Source: Pecten maximus (Eukaryota). Taken from it: a stretch of DNA of 64,000 nt. Position 1 is the first letter of the stretch. Each line of letters begins with the position of its first letter. Made by a program: the position numbers and the translations under genes. The stretch covers positions 24,552,001-24,616,000 of the forward strand of contig NC_047018.1 of the NCBI RefSeq assembly GCF_902652985.1, in the 5' to 3' direction. Positions 1-14,023 of this stretch are shown in pieces. Under the pieces are notes generated by a model. That model made no database searches. It had not been told where the DNA came from and saw nothing but the letters and a program-made list of their open reading frames with translations.

Positions 1-388
1 ATTAACAATTTGACATAAACATCGACAAAACAACTCACTTTATTCAGAGGTCATCGAAAACATAACTCACCGATTCATTCAATAGCCGAACAAATATATA
101 ACCCTGAAACGTGCCCTCGGGTGCCTATCGAAAACACCGTCGTGATCACCAGGGCATTACTCCGACCTCGGAGAAAGGTTCGTACTATAGTGTTAAAATA
201 ACATGGAATTTCAACCGACGGGACCGCTAAATTGGTTCGTTATAGACAATATTTCGCTATGTGAAATTCGCAATATAAATACAGAATTACATAGAAGTAA
301 GAGGGAGAAAAGCTGGGGAATCGGGATCAGTTCGCAATATCCATAAAATCGCTATAAGCGTGTTCGTACTAAACGTGTTTTACTGTAT
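1..388. mobile_element. Right end of a Tc1/mariner-pogo-type MITE
   Basis: CpG-rich ttcg-repeating subterminal motifs ending ...gtgttttactg+TA. Confidence 0.45.
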
Positions 389-591
389 TATGTAATAAAT
401 TGATTCACTGTTTCAAAAGGACAACTGGTTTTGTAAAAAAAACATCAGCACATACAATAACCTTAAGTGATTTGTTAGTCTTTTCAATACACTGTCATCA
501 TGATAAAGTGACAATATTGTGTGTACATTAAATATGTATCATCTCCTACATATGATACAGAAAAGCATGAAATACATCTCTCTATATTTAC

Positions 592-3500
592 CTCCCAGTC
601 TCCACCCCAGCATGTTCGAGCTAGTCTATTCATCTCCATGTCAATATCAAATATAGGCACACCTCTTTCACGCTTCAGCTGCAATAAAAAACACATTTCT
701 GACTTAATGTCAATTCAAACAATCTATGATAATCCATCTCAATAATTCTCATTCCTTACATTGTTACTAGTCTAATTGCCTAAAATGAGGAGAAATTGGA
801 AATGACAGGCAACATATCAATGTCGATCTACCAGATAATTCAAAGTTGTTACAATATTTCTCTAGATTTCTTACAAGTGTCAGCTTTAAGCTTGGTATCC
901 ATGGGTTTCTATTGTCAGTACCTGTCTGACTATAAGCTTGTTTTCCGCGGGTTTCTATTGTCAGTACCTGTCTGACTATAAGCTTGTTTTCCGCGAGTTA
1001 CTATTGTCAGTACCTGTCTGACTATAAGCTTGTTTTCCGCGGGTTACTATTGTCAGTACCTGTCTGACTATAAGCTTGTTTTCCGCGGGTTACTATTGTC
1101 AGTACCTGTCTGACTATAAGCTTGTTTTCCGCGGGTTTCTATTGCCAGTACCTGTCTGACTATAAGCTTGTTTTACACGGGTTACTATTGTCAGTACCTG
1201 TCTGACTATAAGCTTGTTTTACACGGGTTACTATTGTCAGTACCTGTCTGACTATAAGCTTGTTTTACACGGGTTACTATTGTCAGTACCTGTCTGACTA
1301 TAAGCTTGCGTCGCAGTCTCTTCAGTTCTGGTGCAAGCTCAACTCCATCTGCCACATTGTTAATTTTCTTCAGCAATTGTCGCTCCTCATACAAACTCAT
1401 CAGTACTACCCTGGAGACACAGGCACATCACCAGTAAATGTATATATATATATGCATTGTACATGTTGCATTAGGGCTTTTCCAAAATAAATCACATCTA
1501 TCCATGGTTGGATTTCCTTCCTATTACCTCTTTGTAATTTATAAAATAAATTATATGGGTAGTACCCCTTAACAAAACCCAGAGTCCTGGGGTGGGGTAG
1601 ATATTTTACTGGAACAGCCCTTCTCTTTATCAGTCCCTAGTCATTTCCATCACATGTCTACAAAAGTTGAATGACCATTAAAAAGAGGTTAATGGCATCA
1701 CCTGAATATGTTCTATATATAATATTTGAACAAATACTGGAGAGTTAAAGTCTTTTTGTTACAATTCCCACATAGCCAAGTTAGTTAAGGGTTACACAAA
1801 CAAACCCTATATAGTTATAAGCTAAAATTGACATTTGATAACAGGTACATGTATATGTATTTTATGAACATGAACAAACTTGTCTTTAATTTTACGAGCA
1901 ATACAAAAAACACTTGTCACTTACTTTATAGGAGGTGAAGTCTCTTCCTCTTTTGTTTCATCAACCGCCTTTGCCTTTTTCCGCTTTCGTTTTGGTCTAC
2001 TTTCACTTTGTACAGCTGTTGCTGAATCAGAACCTTCAGAAGAGCTACTTTCACTTTCACTTTCCTTTTCACTTTCAGAGTCCACTACAGATTGATCCTC
2101 ATCCTCCTTGACTACTCCTGTATTAGTGTTATCTAACTGACCACTATGTATGTCCATGTTTGTATCACTCATCACTTCCTGTTGGCTCACTCCCCGACTT
2201 TCCTCAGATTCTACTTCTTTATTGCTATGGCTACTGTTTGAAATATCTTCTTTATATCCTTGACAACTGAGAGAATCTTCAGATTGATTTCCAAAGATAT
2301 TAGAATCCATGTCCAGACTCATATCTAGGACAACAAATGGGAGGAAATGCAATTTGTATTATTATGACAGAGTTGATGTTACTGTTACAAGAATGTACTA
2401 ATACAGATGAGTATAAACCCTCCATGTCACAGTCCATCTAACTGCTTATATATTATGGGAAAAACACAAGGTGTCAACATAAAATATATTTTTCTGCATG
2501 TAATCAAATATCAAGTGATTCTACTTTCATCACTCAATCAAGTGTTGCTTTATATTTTAATCTATGTGAATTGTAAACATTTTTGTTTTATTTTACTTCT
2601 ATGTCAGTATAACACTAAAATATTTCTCTTCCAGGTTTAAGGAAACATGGATTCACTACTATAAATACTTGTTCCTGTCTATAGAAAACCTTTTTTGTTG
2701 GGTACAAGGGTGTTAAATGCCTGATCTTACAGATCATCTAGGATTCAGCACGTCTGATTTGTGTAAACACATTTTATGGCATGTCAATGTATCTCCTGAA
2801 TTATTTCATTCTGGTTTTACATAGTTTTTTTGTGTATAAAGTTATCTCCCTTTGAATATATCATAAAGGCTATATTTTGTAAACTTAATTTTTTTTAGAA
2901 TTTTGTGAAAAATTGTCAAACTTTTAAGACTTAGATATATAAATAGCCCTTTGACAATACACAGATTTTTCTCTGACAATTTACATTATGTATTACCTTA
3001 AATCTGCCTATTTTAAACTACTCTTATTATAAATTGTAGACTAACAGCAATTTTGAAAATATGGACAACAGATGATTACGATAAAAAATTGAGGAATTTT
3101 CCTCCAAAAATTGGGAGAATTATAATTATTAATTTTACAACAAACTACGAAATGCTTTATATCAACTTATATTAATCAAGCTTGTTGGCCAGATGGAAGC
3201 ATGCAAGGGGTCTTACTCTGTGAGGAAACTGGAGACTAAGGGATAACCCACAAGGTCAGGCAGGTGACCCCATACCTTTTCACATCCAATTGGGGGATCA
3301 AACAACACCGCCAATGTGAAAGATAAGTGTGTTACCATTGTACCATCCGACCAGGGAGAACTAGAACTGTCGTCCAGAGGGCCAACTCATACCCCCCGCT
3401 CCTGCAACCCCCATAGTTACTATGTGTTCATTTATACAACAAGAGCTGTTGGAGAACAGCATAGCTCGTCTCGCAAATGTTTGTCAATAAATAATTAAAA

Positions 3501-6500
3501 TATATCAATTTGGAATGGTTTCGCAAATTGCATTAATAATATTTATATTATTTACTTGATCAGATTATGCTTTGTGAATTCATGCAATTTTCAAAACCAT
3601 ACCAATTTATATATATATAAATTATTTATTGACAAACATTCGGGAGACAAGCTATGCTGTTGTAGATTAAATGAATATATTAAATACAAATGTAATTGCT
3701 TTTGGACATATTTCTTCAATTTTTTGACAAAATATTATCCTAATGAGAGTTGTCTCCCTTGAAAAATGTGGACCGGTATAAATTGTCTATTGTGAGCATT
3801 TTCACATTGTTTTATTTTCAGTTTCACCCCAAGAAGGGATAGTGTAACTCCATAGGGACTCTTTTACCAAATATCAGCACCCTAGTACAATCATAAAGTG
3901 ATGTGTTAAATAGCTTTCAACATTTGCACAAAATTTTTAAAAAAAATGTGTTTTTTCCCCAAAAAAATGTTTCAGTTTAACTCCGGCAAGGGATAGTTTA
4001 ACCCCCACAGGGAACCTAATACCATGTATTACTATGCCTTTCAACACTCACAATATAAACTTAACACAAAGTCCAAAGATTTAAAAACAAAAACAAAAAA
4101 ACACAGATTTTAAAGTTTTACTCCAGCAGGGGGATAGTTTAACTCCAGAGGGACTCTATTGCCAACTATCAGCACCCTAGTACAATTATACAGTGATGTA
4201 TTAATACCTTTCAACACTTGCACCAAAACCTTAACGCAGAAATATTCTAAGTCCAAAAATTTGAAAATTCTGGTTTTTTCCCAAAACAATCTTTTAGTTT
4301 AACTCCGACAGGGGTTAGTTTAACCCTAGAGGGACTCTATTACCAATTATCAGCACCCTATTACAATTATAAAGTGATGTATTAATACCTTTCAACACTT
4401 GCACCAAAATCTTAACGCAGAAATATTCTAAGTCCAAAAATTTGAAAATTCTGGTATTTTCCCAAAAAAATCTTTTAGTTTAACTCCGGCAGGGGATAGT
4501 TTGACCCCCACAGGGACCATATTACCATAAATTACTATGCCTTTCAACACTTGCACCAAAAATTTAACATTTGAAAAACCAACGCCAACGCCAACGCCGG
4601 AGTGACGACATAAGCTCTCACTCTTCTTCGAAGAGACGAGCAAAAAACTAAGTTTTGTGCCCTGGTTACCATGGTAACCAAAAAATTACGATGTTATATA
4701 GATTACGCACATCTACAATGTATAAGGGTTATTGTTATGAAGTTTCGTTGAAATCAGATAAGTACTTTAGGAGGAGTAGCCGGTACATCGTTGTGTCTAC
4801 AGACGGACGGACAACCTGATTCCAGTATATATATATATATATATACCCCCTAACTTCGTTGCGGGGGTTATAATTAGCAGGTATAGATCATGTATTCCTA
4901 ACGTCCAAATCAGAGAGAAGCATTTCCTCTACCGATATCACATGTGCAGATAAAATCAATCCTGATATCACATGTGCAGTTTGAGACAATCACAGTATCA
5001 AAAAAAAAAGTTGAACAGGATACTTTCATTCTAATACAGGACTCTAAGTAAAGGTTTCAAAATGACTACAATGATTTTACACTCTACAAACTGGCGGCCT
5101 CACCGTCTCTGGAGCCTATAGACATGAGGATATCCTGGATCGTAGGTGAATCTGGTTGAATCTGATCAGATGGTGACCCAGGAGGTGGAGTTATCGTGCC
5201 AGGATCAATCTCAAGGTCACTGTCCGAGTCCACATTATCCATGTCATCCGTCATCAACAAATTGGGGAGACTGGCTGTGAATCATTTCAATAGCATATCT
5301 TCAAAACATCTTATACATGTTTCCTTTTTATTGAATTTTATACGTAAGGGCATTGTGAGTAAAAAAACTTTCTCCGTAAAAATACATTACCACAATAATA
5401 ATTTCTCAAAATAAAATTTTTTACTATCAGAAAAATTTTCAGTTGTGGTTCCAATTCCAAGTAATTTAACCCTAGTTTACACATCAACACTGGCAGTGAT
5501 GTGAATTTTTTTTTGTTTATATTCTATATTTCTGTATAACGCAAGACAACATCATTATTCCAACTAACCTCATAAAAATATGAACTTACAATCAGCCTTG
5601 AGATCATGCTCAGTCAACCACATGTCATTCTTGCTACTGCTGTGAGAGAATTGGCTATCTTCGTCAATATCTCCCTTGAACGACCCACTGACTGATCCAG
5701 ATGAAGATATGTTACTCAGACTAGTACTCTGGGTCATTGAAAGGTTTGACACTTGAGATGATCCAGGAGAGAATGTAAAAGAACTCTGACTTTGTGATGA
5801 ACCTGACCTCTGTGTTGAAAAAAAGCTTGGTTCAATAGGTTCTTGTTTAATGTTTTGGGTAAAGACTGACTGGAAACTCTGGCCAGCCACAGGCCCTGTA
5901 GGTGTCAGCATTCCCAGAGTGCTTTCCAGAGGGATGAATTTCCCAGACACTTCCCCCAGTTCCTGTTTGATATCCACATGGATCAGGTGACCAGCATGGC
6001 TCTGTATTGGGGATTGTTTAGCCTTCCTGATTTCCTTTGCCTCCTATGGAGAAAAAATCAATCAACACACCTGTTTGCTCCATATACATGTAATGATATT
6101 TTTGTTTACTTCTATTAAGTAACTAACATTTTAAGAGATTTAAGATTTCAAATGTAAATAAATAGACTATGCTTTTAGCTTTTAGAAATACAATGTGAGG
6201 GCCTAGATCTTGACTTGAAATGTTTAGAAGGAGAAAGAAAAGTTTTCAATGTCTAACACCATATTTGTATATGTCTGCATGATAGATCTTTATTTTTACA
6301 TATTCCATGATACAAAATTAAGAAGGCATCTGATGCATAACTGACCAACAGTGTTTCTCTCTTGGCCTTTAACTCCATTGCAGCCTCAATCGAAGTTTTG
6401 CCTCTCCTATTTCGGAGTCCTTCGACCTTCATCATAGTGCCAGGGTCCTGTGGAGGAAGAGGATGACTAACACGCCGTCGTCCTGTCCTGCTGGAGGAGG

Positions 6501-9500
6501 TCACTGTCATGGAAAGACACAAATCATTTATGATGATAGAAGACACCACTTTTTTACTATATACAGGCCTTTTGAGGTCATTTTATGCTATGCTATTTTT
6601 TACATACTGTATAAATAAAGCATACCTATATCAGTGCAAATTAAGGAGGAATTGCATTTTTAAGAAATGTTTAACCTAAGCGCTCCTTTTGCTCCATCTT
6701 TTTTTCCGCATGGGTCAAACCTGTCTCATTAAAAAATATGATTGCCGTCACCTTATGTTTCACATCAAATTTGGTTGTAATCCACCAAAAGGTTAGGGAG
6801 GATTAGGATTTAACAGCAAATATTCACCAAAGCTCCCCTTTTGGGGCCCTGCCCCTCAGGCCCCAGGGGTCACACTAGCCTCGTTTATATAAAATATGAC
6901 CACCCTTCCCAAAGGATGTTTCACACCATATTTCGTATTAATCCACCCAAGGGTTAGAGAGAAGTAGGATTTATAGCAAAAATTCACCAAAGTTCCCCTT
7001 TTGGGGCCCCGCCCCTCTGGCCCTAGGGGTCAAACCAGCCTCATTTATATAAAATATGATTGTCCTCCTCCAATGATGTTTCACACCAAATTTGGTAATA
7101 ATTAACTATGGGTGTTAGGAGGAGTAGGATTTTATAGCAAAATTTCATCAAAGTTCCCCTTTTGGGGCCCCGCCCCTCTGGCCCCAGGGGCCACACCAGC
7201 CTCATTTATACAAAATATGACCACCCTCCACCAATGATGTTTCACACAATATCTGGTTGAAATCCACCAAAGGGTTAAGGACGAGTACGATTTTATAGCA
7301 AAATTTCATCAAAGTTCCCTTTTTTGGGCCCGTCACTCTGGCCCCAGGGCTCACACCAGCCTCATTTATATAAAATATGACCACCCTCCACCAATGATGT
7401 TTCACAACATATCTGGTTGAAATCCACCAAAGGGTTAAGGACGAGTAGGATTTTATAGCAAAATTTCATCAAAGTTCCCTTTTTTGGGCCCGTCACTCTG
7501 GCCCCAGGGCTCACACCAGCCTCATTTATATAAAATATGACCACCCTCCCCCAATGATGTTTTACAACATATCTGGTTGAAATCTACTAAAGGGTTAAGG
7601 AGGAGTAGGATTTTATAGCAAAATTTCATCAAAGTTCCCCATTTGGGGCCCCACCCCTCAGGCCCCAGGGGTCACACTAGCCTCATTTATATAAAATATG
7701 ACCGCCCTCCCCAAATGATGTTTCACAACATATCTGGTTGAAATCCACTAAAGGGTTAAGGAGGAGTAGGATTTTATAGCAAAATTTCATCAAAGTTCCC
7801 CTTTTGGGGCCCCGCCCCTCAGGCCCCAGGGGTCATACCAACTTCATTTATATAAAATATGACCGCCCTCCCCCAATGATGTTTCACACCAAATTTAGTT
7901 GTAATCCACCCAAGGGTACAGGAGGAGTAGGATTTTATAGCAATATTCACCTAAGTTCCCTTTTTGGGGCCCCGCCCTTCTGGCCCCAGGGGTCAGACCA
8001 GCCTCATTTATATAAAATATGATTGCCCTCCCCCAATGATGCTTCAAACCAAATTTGGAAGTAATCCACCCAAGCGTTAAGGAGGAGTAGCGTTTTGAAA
8101 GAAAAAGTTTACGGACGGCGCACGGCGGACGACGACGGACGAAGCACGATGACTATAGGTCATCCTGACCCTTTGGGTCAGATGACCTAATAAGCACTAT
8201 TATTTGTTCTGCAATCAGTCTAAACTATTTGTTGGTTGTTGACTAAATGTGGCAAAAGACAAATATTCTAGATTTTCTCTGGCTACAGCTTTAACTTGAG
8301 TGCAAAATTCACCTGGGGAATCCTAGTAATTTGTTAGTATTTCAGTGAAGCCATCAAAATGTTATTTGAAGTAACTTGGGCTAAGTTATCTTCTATTTAA
8401 TTGGTGTTTTAGTGGACCATATCTAATGTCTATTGTCTAGTTTGAGATGACATTTCTAGATTCGAAAATGTTTTTGATTTTGTTGTTTGTACATTGAGTA
8501 AAAATAACAGCCCCAATTAGAGTCCTGGATAAAGAACATCATAATGGAACAGTCATATAGCACACTGTAATAAGGCAGGACAGATCAAATTTCAGAAGGA
8601 AAAAACGATGTCAAAGGAATCGCAGGCATTTGATAAGTAGTATTATGTATGTCGATCATTAAAACATAAAAGGTTTATAACTTGAACTTTTGTTGTACAT
8701 TTGTACATTACAACTAAATTTGTACAATGTATATAATCTTTAGAAGGTTAAATTAGTGATAAAAACCTGGACCGGACAGTACAATTCATCTCGGGCATTA
8801 CCATGTGATGTGATGTTCTGATATAGGCTTTCGTAGACATAGAGGAGGCAAATGTCCCTTATTCCAGAAAACAACACACTTCCAAATGTGAATTAGCATA
8901 TAATATGATCACACAGGTAAAATGACTGACAATCATTAAGTGCATCATTGTTCTCTAATAAACACACCTTAATAAATGATGCATCATAGGTATCTGTTTA
9001 GTATTTATAGGAAAAAAATAGTATCCTCTATATTATTACTTCTCCTACTATATCAACCAGGTGTAACACTTGAAGATCTGACGATGCATCGACTCTGGAA
9101 TGGAAGTAGGTAGCTATATATAGGCTATCTTTGAGCTGTTTTAAAACGGACAGTCTGATTGGTCGACAATTATAGTTAGTGCTGTTTACAGAGCTGTTGA
9201 CCAATCAGATTGCCCATTGTGAAACCGCTCTAAAATATAAAGCCTACTTAAGTTTCACAGTCGATGCATAGTCTGCTATCATAACCACTTTTGGTCAATT
9301 TCCTCATCTTTAAATCCTTGTAACAAAAAAAAAAAAAAAACATGTGTTGATATTTAATGATTTTAAACCAGGGTACATTACTGAAATTTGTGTGCATTTG
9401 CTATATTAGTCAGATCGAAATTAAATTCAAAGTGATCCCACTTCCAACTTTTCAAATGTTACACCTTGTTGATACAGTAAGAGTTGGGCTTAAAAAAAAA

Positions 9501-11313
9501 TTCTATAAATACTAACCAGATGCAGACTCCTGTGGATACATGTACATGTATCAATTAAGAAAAATGCTCATCTCTAATTAAACCTAAAGATGGAATGCTG
9601 GAACTAACTTGAAGTGATTAACAGAAAGCTAAGGAATGAACATTATTCTGCAGGGCTATAAAACTTGCCCTTACAGATATAAGAATCTGACAGCTGTAGT
9701 ACAGTAAGTATTACTTAGTTTGTGATTAGGAGGTTTTATCTCTGCGAGCCTCCACCAGCCAGACTCCCCTAGCTCCTTGGCTCCTGATACAAAGTGATGA
9801 GGACATCCCGAAGACAGTGTACCAGCCACTGTACCATGCCACAAGTTTGTCTTCTTCCTTGGGAATACAAACACACACAAAGTCAATGCACACTGTCATT
9901 ATCCTCAGGTATGATGAATAATAATGTCACACTATCTTCTGGTAAGATGAGTCATCATGTCAAACTCCAGATTTTCCTTTACATTATAAGGATGTGGATT
10001 GAGGAGAGTTATATGTGTGATGAAGCAGATTAATGATGTCTGGCATATGAAGAGCTACAAATTCACAAATAACAAGGGGAAACACTCTTCTTAATAACGA
10101 TTTTGTAATTACAGCATTCAAAACTTACAAAATTAAAAAATTATTTTCATTTCCTTAGACCTTGGAACACACAACACCAAAAATAGGAAGAAAGAGTGCT
10201 CTAACAATTTTGAAATGAAAAAGTATGTTTAACTTTAACAAAAAAAGTATATCTTTGTCTTAAGAAAGAAATCACTTATATTGCTCACCTAAATATTTAA
10301 GCCAACATATATGTATTAAAATATTTCTATTAAAAGCAATTTTATAAATATGTAGATTTATCTAATTAAGAAACCAATATACCACAGTGATACTTTCTGT
10401 AAACTTTCTTGTCAAGTGGGAGATATATTACCTGTGATTCCCAAAAAGAACCAGCCAATACTTGTCAATGAAGGCACAGATATGTTCCTTCCATCTGTAG
10501 TAGCCAAATTTCCCCACTTTACCACTCAGCTGTAGGTTATAGAGAGCCAGCAGTACCACCTGTGTCCTGTCAACAATAACATTGTCATAGGCTATAAACA
10601 GCATCACAAATACAACCTGTATCTGCACAACATGCTGTTTAATTCTCAACAGAGTGACAATTGATCATGATATCAAAGAAAATTGAAAATGATTATCAAA
10701 TGAAGTTTTTTGGAATTACCATTGCATTTTCATCCTTTCCACCACTTCTTCATGTTTTTCTCCACATTTTGCACATGTGAAATCAAAGAATACATCTCCG
10801 ACAAGTGAAGAGGGGGAACCTGATTTCAGGCACTCTGAAATTAAAACGTCCAACTGTTAAGGATTGTAACCAATATCTTTAACAGAAGTGCGTTAATAAA
10901 TGATGCACATAATTTTTCAATATTTTTCAAATCTATGTGGACATATAAACTAATGAATGAATAAAACATCTTGCAAGTTTACATGTTTGCCTCATAAGTG
11001 CAATTTTTCATTGCATTTAATGACTGAAGTCTTATTTGACTGATAAAAGTAAAATCTTTAATGCACAAGCTGCTATATACAATGTACATCTATACACCAA
11101 ACACTAATTGTCCATAGAAAAATCCAACAAAAGATGAAAGCTTATTTTTAAAGTGTCTTTTAACAATATATTTTTTATTGCTTCTCTTAATTCTGTTATT
11201 TCACACAAACCTAAATGAAAGTTTCCACGACACCGAGCACAAACAAGTGTTGGAATGTCTGCTTCAATATTCTTTTCGCCACAGTAACAAATCCCTTTTT
11301 CTTCCATTGCCAT
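592..11313 (-). CDS. KAT14: Cysteine-rich protein 2-binding protein / lysine acetyltransferase 14 (ATAC2), 5' portion; gene continues past the left window edge
   Basis: Spliced exons read with GT/AG and consistent phases: 11313-11211 (MAMEEKGICYCGEK..CARCRGNFHL), 10834-10720 (ECLKSGSPSSLVGDVFFDFTCAKC..ERMKMQW), 10566-10432 (TQVVLLALYNLQLSG..GYYRWKEHICAFIDKYW), 9858-9715 (KKTNLWHGTVAGTLSSGCP..GESGWWRL), 6503-6346 (VEGLRNRR..EAAMELKAKR), 6043-5590, 5274-5104, 2324-1925, 1410-1290 (LKRLRRKLIVRQ), 678-592 (LKRERGVPIFD). These match motifs I recall from vertebrate KAT14 (GDNFFRFTC, QVVMLAMYNL, GYFRWKEDICAFI, TVAGCLS, GWWKL, RKLIVRQ). The C-terminal GNAT domain is not in the window. Confidence 0.9.
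903..1307. repeat. 46-bp minisatellite (~9 copies) containing a KAT14 exon end and splice donor
   Basis: Unit gttactattgtcagtacctgtctgactataagcttgttttacacgg; period 46 (tcagtacc at 961, 1007, 1053...). Confidence 0.95.
3437..4648 (+). mobile_element. Helentron/HINE-like element with internal ~180-bp tandem repeats
   Basis: Begins acaagagc, 5' inverted repeat (3456-3496 vs 3620-3660), internal tandem repeats ~3820-4560, (aacgcc)n microsatellite, 3' hairpin ctcttcttcgaagag then gagcaaaaaa. Confidence 0.7.
4650..4872 (+). mobile_element. 3' end of a second HINE-like element
   Basis: (gacg)n microsatellite, then hairpin accccctaacttcgttgcgggggt and tataa terminus. Confidence 0.6.
6680..8192 (+). 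mobile_element. Helentron/HINE-like non-autonomous element carrying a 160-bp satellite array (~9 units)
   Basis: 160-bp tandem units (ORF pair 7202/7362 offset 160), then a (gacg)-rich microsatellite and terminal hairpin aggtcatcctgacccttt-gggtcagatgacct followed by A-rich end; this layout is typical of bivalve pearl/HINE elements. Confidence 0.75.
9046..9480. mobile_element. MITE-like element
   Basis: Terminal inverted repeats tatcaaccaggtgtaacacttgaa / ttcaaatgttacaccttgttgata, plus an internal palindrome at ~9125-9240. Confidence 0.65.
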
Positions 11314-12366
11314 TCTGTCAACATAAAATGTTTTCAATAAATATATAATTGGAATCTGTATTCAGTTCAAGTTATGAGGTCAACTTTGTATTACTTACAT
11401 GTAACTGCAGAAGATTGCAGACTCAAAAGTTCTTTATTTTATCTATACATTTTTGAAAAACATCCACAGGTAGATATTATATATGGGTAGTGTTAGTTGC
11501 TAATTACAGGTAGGTAAGGCAGAGGAGCCTGGCACAGCATACTTTAAATTGACCCCTGGGGGGTAATTGGCCATGGGAACTTGACAAAACTATAGCCAGG
11601 TGTTAAAACAGGCACACCTTAATTAGACTGATCCTCATCTGATACATGTATATAGGTAAGGTGTTATGGAGGTCCATAAGGTGGTAGTGAGGTGGGGTGG
11701 CCCAGGTGGCCATGACAACGGGTATGTCCTGAGAGTACCAATTATACATACAGGTACATGTACATAACATGTTGTGTAAATATTATATGTCTCTTACAGA
11801 ACATAAATGAGAATATATGAAACTTCTGATTCTTGATTATGTACTATGAATTGATTGCATGGTTGAATTAACAGATATTAGTGAAGTAACAATACATTGA
11901 ATTTAAAAATATTTTTGTGTGATAAAATAACAAATATTAAAATATATGTACATATATACAGTGTACTTGAGAAAAAAAATCTACAAACAGTCATCAAGGC
12001 CTAAGGTAGAATTAATCATTAATATAAAATGTATATTACACATGTAATTACATCTAAAAAAAATGGAAAGCATCAAAATTTTGAAATCAGGAAGATAAAC
12101 CTTAATTGTACACTATAATGAAATCGTCAAAAAAAAAAAAGAATAAAAAACCCACTACAAATCCAATTGATAGAGTTTTAATTCCTCTTGTGCATTATAT
12201 CATGTAAGAACCACAGCCAATTTTATTTTGAGCTAATATTAGATAAAATTTTATCAACATTTAAATATACATTTTGTACCTGGTAAAGTCAGGATGACAG
12301 ATATAAGGCAGTCAATTTACACAGGTCTGTATATGTAACAACTACAGGTATCTAACACGGTTTAAT

Positions 12367-14023
12367 CCTGTGTTGGTTTAATCCTGTTTCTCCCAAAACT
12401 GAAAATCCAGGTAAAATTTTTTTGGGAGAAACAGGATTTGTTTACACAGGGGACTAATTATTAAGTAAACACAGAAGGTCATTATCTCTCTCATTCATTT
12501 ATTGCAAAATCCAGGTAAATACAGGTAGATAGGTGATAGAACTACAAAAATGTCAATTTAATGTTATACTTTGAGATGTAAAATTATATATTAAATTTTC
12601 ATCTTCCAAAATGATGTCTGCCAAGGATGTTGGTAGCTTTAGTAGTAGTTTGCTTCTGGCAGCGGCGTAGCAATAACGTATGCTTATATGCTTAAGCATA
12701 CACTCGATTCCATCCAGATGTTTTTTCTGACTTTTATTTTTACTTATACCTAGCTTTTAAAATCGTGTTGCTTTGTTCAACACATACGCATAAAGATACA
12801 TGTACATATATTATATAACATCAAACTATCCGCGTGTAGTATACATGTACATGTATATTGATTTTGATAAGAAATATTTTGCCATTCGAGTAAATTCTAA
12901 GTTCGGGTTAGAGTTTATTCCCGCTAAACTACCAAGATGGCAGAGTGTAAAATTAACGAACTTATTAATATTGACCGGACATTTTGATCTGCCTCTGGAT
13001 CACAATTTAGGAAGTGAAAACAACAAGACCAGCCTTTCTGATAGTAAGACTAGTGACACATATATCAAGGCAAATCTCAGTCTTCCGAGTAAAAACCGCC
13101 GACCGCCATTTCAGAAAACTCTTCTTATTATTATTCACAATAAAGTATGTACATGTACATTATACTGCTCACTTTAATTTTCCTATCAGTAAACAAGTTG
13201 ATGATTTCATTAAACAGATATCTAATATATAGTTATTTGTATGTCTCTAAACTCTAAACTCCTTGTAATTCGCATAGTTTTAGTTATGCCTACTAGTATA
13301 CATCAATGAAAAAGAAAATTGGAAATGGCAACGGAAAGATTATCATCACCTGCAACGATGCAAATGCAGGGCAGTGGAAACCTTCCTGGAAATGATTGGG
13401 TGGGGGGTTGTGTTGATGACCGAATTTTACAGGAATATCGTTGCTAGTATTGATGGATGCAGGGCAGTTTTTATCACAGCATCTCCAGTAGGTAGTGTCT
13501 CTGTAGTTGTTCTTCACCATATACCGTATCCATGCAGCCTGGAGTAGAGTCCTACCACCATGTTTATTGTTTGCAGTAAACTGGACGTGTACTTGATAGT
13601 TAGCCATACTGAGAATGATGAATTTTCTGGTGATAGACTGGTATATATACTTAATTAAAATTGCATGTTTTATATATGGATAAATCTAAAAAAGTCAATT
13701 ATAATCACTTCTATAAGTTTATCATAAATTATATACATAATTTTTTATTTTTATTTATTTATTTCTTATTAAATTTCACGATTTATGTTTAAATTCAAAC
13801 CATCTGTTAATATATGTATTAATCGATTATTTTTATTTATTTGTCAATGATACATTCAGTAATAGACAACTTAATTTACAGGTAACAGGAACGTTGATTT
13901 ACCTGTACAAGTAACTTACTGCTAAAACAACATTCCTCCTATATTGTTTATATAAGTTTTTGGGAGAACCAGGATATATATTTTTCAGTTTTGGGAGAAA
14001 CAGGGTGACACCTCCAACACAGG
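12367..14023 (-). mobile_element. Non-autonomous Mutator-like (MULE) element with FLYWCH zinc-finger remnant
   Basis: Inverted repeats cctgtttctcccaaaactgaaaa (12383-12405) / ttttcagttttgggagaaacagg (13982-14004); internal ORF 13607-13293 contains KHGGRTLL..Y..YWRCCDKNCPASI..HQHN, a FLYWCH pattern; no DDE domain seen. Confidence 0.7.
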
